Shown here one piece after another: positions 59,258-64,000 of a stretch of DNA of 64,000 nt. Within the stretch, counting starts at the first letter, position 1; every line of letters starts with the position of its first letter. This DNA is from Chrysomallon squamiferum (taxonomy: Eukaryota > Animalia > Mollusca): positions 16,616,001-16,680,000 of the forward strand of contig CM022674.1 of the NCBI GenBank assembly GCA_012295275.1, given 5' to 3'. The notes beneath the pieces were generated by a model, which saw nothing but the letters and a program-made list of their open reading frames with translations, was not told where the DNA came from and did not search any database. The translations under genes were made by a program, and so were the position numbers.

Positions 59258-60742
59258 TTTACAAATTATTTGTATATAATTCATCTGTTTACATTTTAAA
59301 CACAAATTAAATCCAAAAATAAAACAAGTAAAAATTAATGATCCAAATATACAAATTTATCTATTTATCTGATTTTCGTTTATTTACATGTCATAAATAA
59401 TTAAATAAACAAGCAGTTGCTAAGTTTATGTTTAATAAATAATAAACTTAATATAATTTACTTACAGGTGAGGCTCCCCCGATGAAGTGTCTCCGAATAC
59501 CCAGTGTGTCCTTACTGATAGAGATCATGTGAAATCAATTCTTTCTACAGAGGTATGATGGGAAATATATTTTAGAAAACTAAAATCCACAGCTATGAAC
59601 TACATTGTTTATAGTTCTTGAATTCATTGTCAGAAAAAACTAAAAAAAAAACGAGAAAATCTGAACACACTGAGAGTGGTGTGTTATACATGCCAGTTAA
59701 CTTTTTAACATATCTAGTGTAAAATTATGTTAAAACACAGGACTAGAATCTTTTCATTAACTCTTCGTAAAATATACAGCTATAACAATTCATCACAACA
59801 AATAAATAAATAAAGTTAAACTATTTGTTCTTCTCTCTATTTAAACCAGTGCCAGACTAATTTCTCTGAACCGCGTCACCCTTCAGAAACAGAAAGTAGT
59901 TCCTACGTCTCGCCTGAAACACACATCTAAGTGCTAAGATCCCATGAGCAAACATACCTCTATGTAGTTTCCTTTGTTGTTTTTATTTATTTATTTATGT
60001 ATTATTATTATTATTATTATTGTTGTTGTTGTTGTTGTTTTGACGTTCACGTTGATTCCATGGACATAAAGGTAAAAAATGTCAGAATATGTCCACGTGA
60101 AGATCCTTCTTGAAACAGAAATGTTAACATATAAATAATATTACAATCATGTACTTTGCTTTTCATATTGATTTTAACCTGAAATAAACAATCAAATCAA
60201 ATCAAATCAATCCAAATAAATAAATAAACAAATAAACAAATAAATAAATAAATAAATAAATACAGTATTTTGTGGAAATATTAAAGATATTAGGTCAGAT
60301 GGAAGACGGTGAGCATTCCACGAACGTGCATAAAACAAATTACTCCTACGACTACCACTACAACAATCACTTGTAGAACTACAAAAACTACAACTACCAC
60401 TACAACAATCACTTGTAGAATTACAAAAAGTACAACTACAACTATTACCATATTAGTTCTATAACTTCCACAGCAACCAAAACTACCTCTGTCACCAATA
60501 CGATTAAGCTGCAGCTGTGAATGTTATCATTATTATTGCTGGTAGAACTTCCACTTCTACGACTACGATCATTACCATCAACATTTCTACTTATTCTGTT
60601 GGTGCTCCTACTACTACTACACAACTATAACTTATATTTTACTACAACAACTACTAACGTTGCTTAATGATAAAGCTATTTCTAAATTTGCTAATGTCGC
60701 TAGGATGACCAACAAGTTATTAATATAAAATTTTCACTTTAC

Positions 60743-64000
<3,258 letters not shown>

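Overview
AT-rich, microsatellite-dense eukaryotic (metazoan, probably lophotrochozoan/molluscan) genomic DNA with spliceosomal introns and two 200-N gaps. Most ORF-track entries are simple-repeat artefacts. Reading exons by hand gives five recognisable intron-containing genes, each with at least one frame-disrupting lesion: (1) a DHX8/PRP22 helicase pseudogene (-, 1-1564, runs off the window); (2) a BTB-BACK-PHR gene (-, 7828-9373), intact except for a frameshift just before the terminal GQIP motif; (3) an isolated fibrinogen-C (FReD) terminal exon with a stop (+, 41802-42067); (4) a six-exon PARP12/TIPARP-like WWE-WWE-ART pseudogene with a 17-aa Q/K-rich repeat (-, 42093-45627), plus a second truncated copy; (5) an Ig-Ig-TM receptor with short Tyr-motif tail exons (-, ~60.7-64 kb). 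Between them lie L1/Tx1 and I-group LINE relics, MULE, Tc1 and hAT relics, tRNA-SINE heads, minisatellites and a ~1.3-1.6 kb tandem macrosatellite (50.1-58.6 kb) whose unit may be a decayed IgSF Ig-Ig-TM exon block. I see no clear intact novel system. The best leads are the macrosatellite, a 38-bp array bounded by inverted and direct repeats, the PARP repeat region and a LINE lacking its RT domain. All identifications are by-eye motif recognition; no searches were run.
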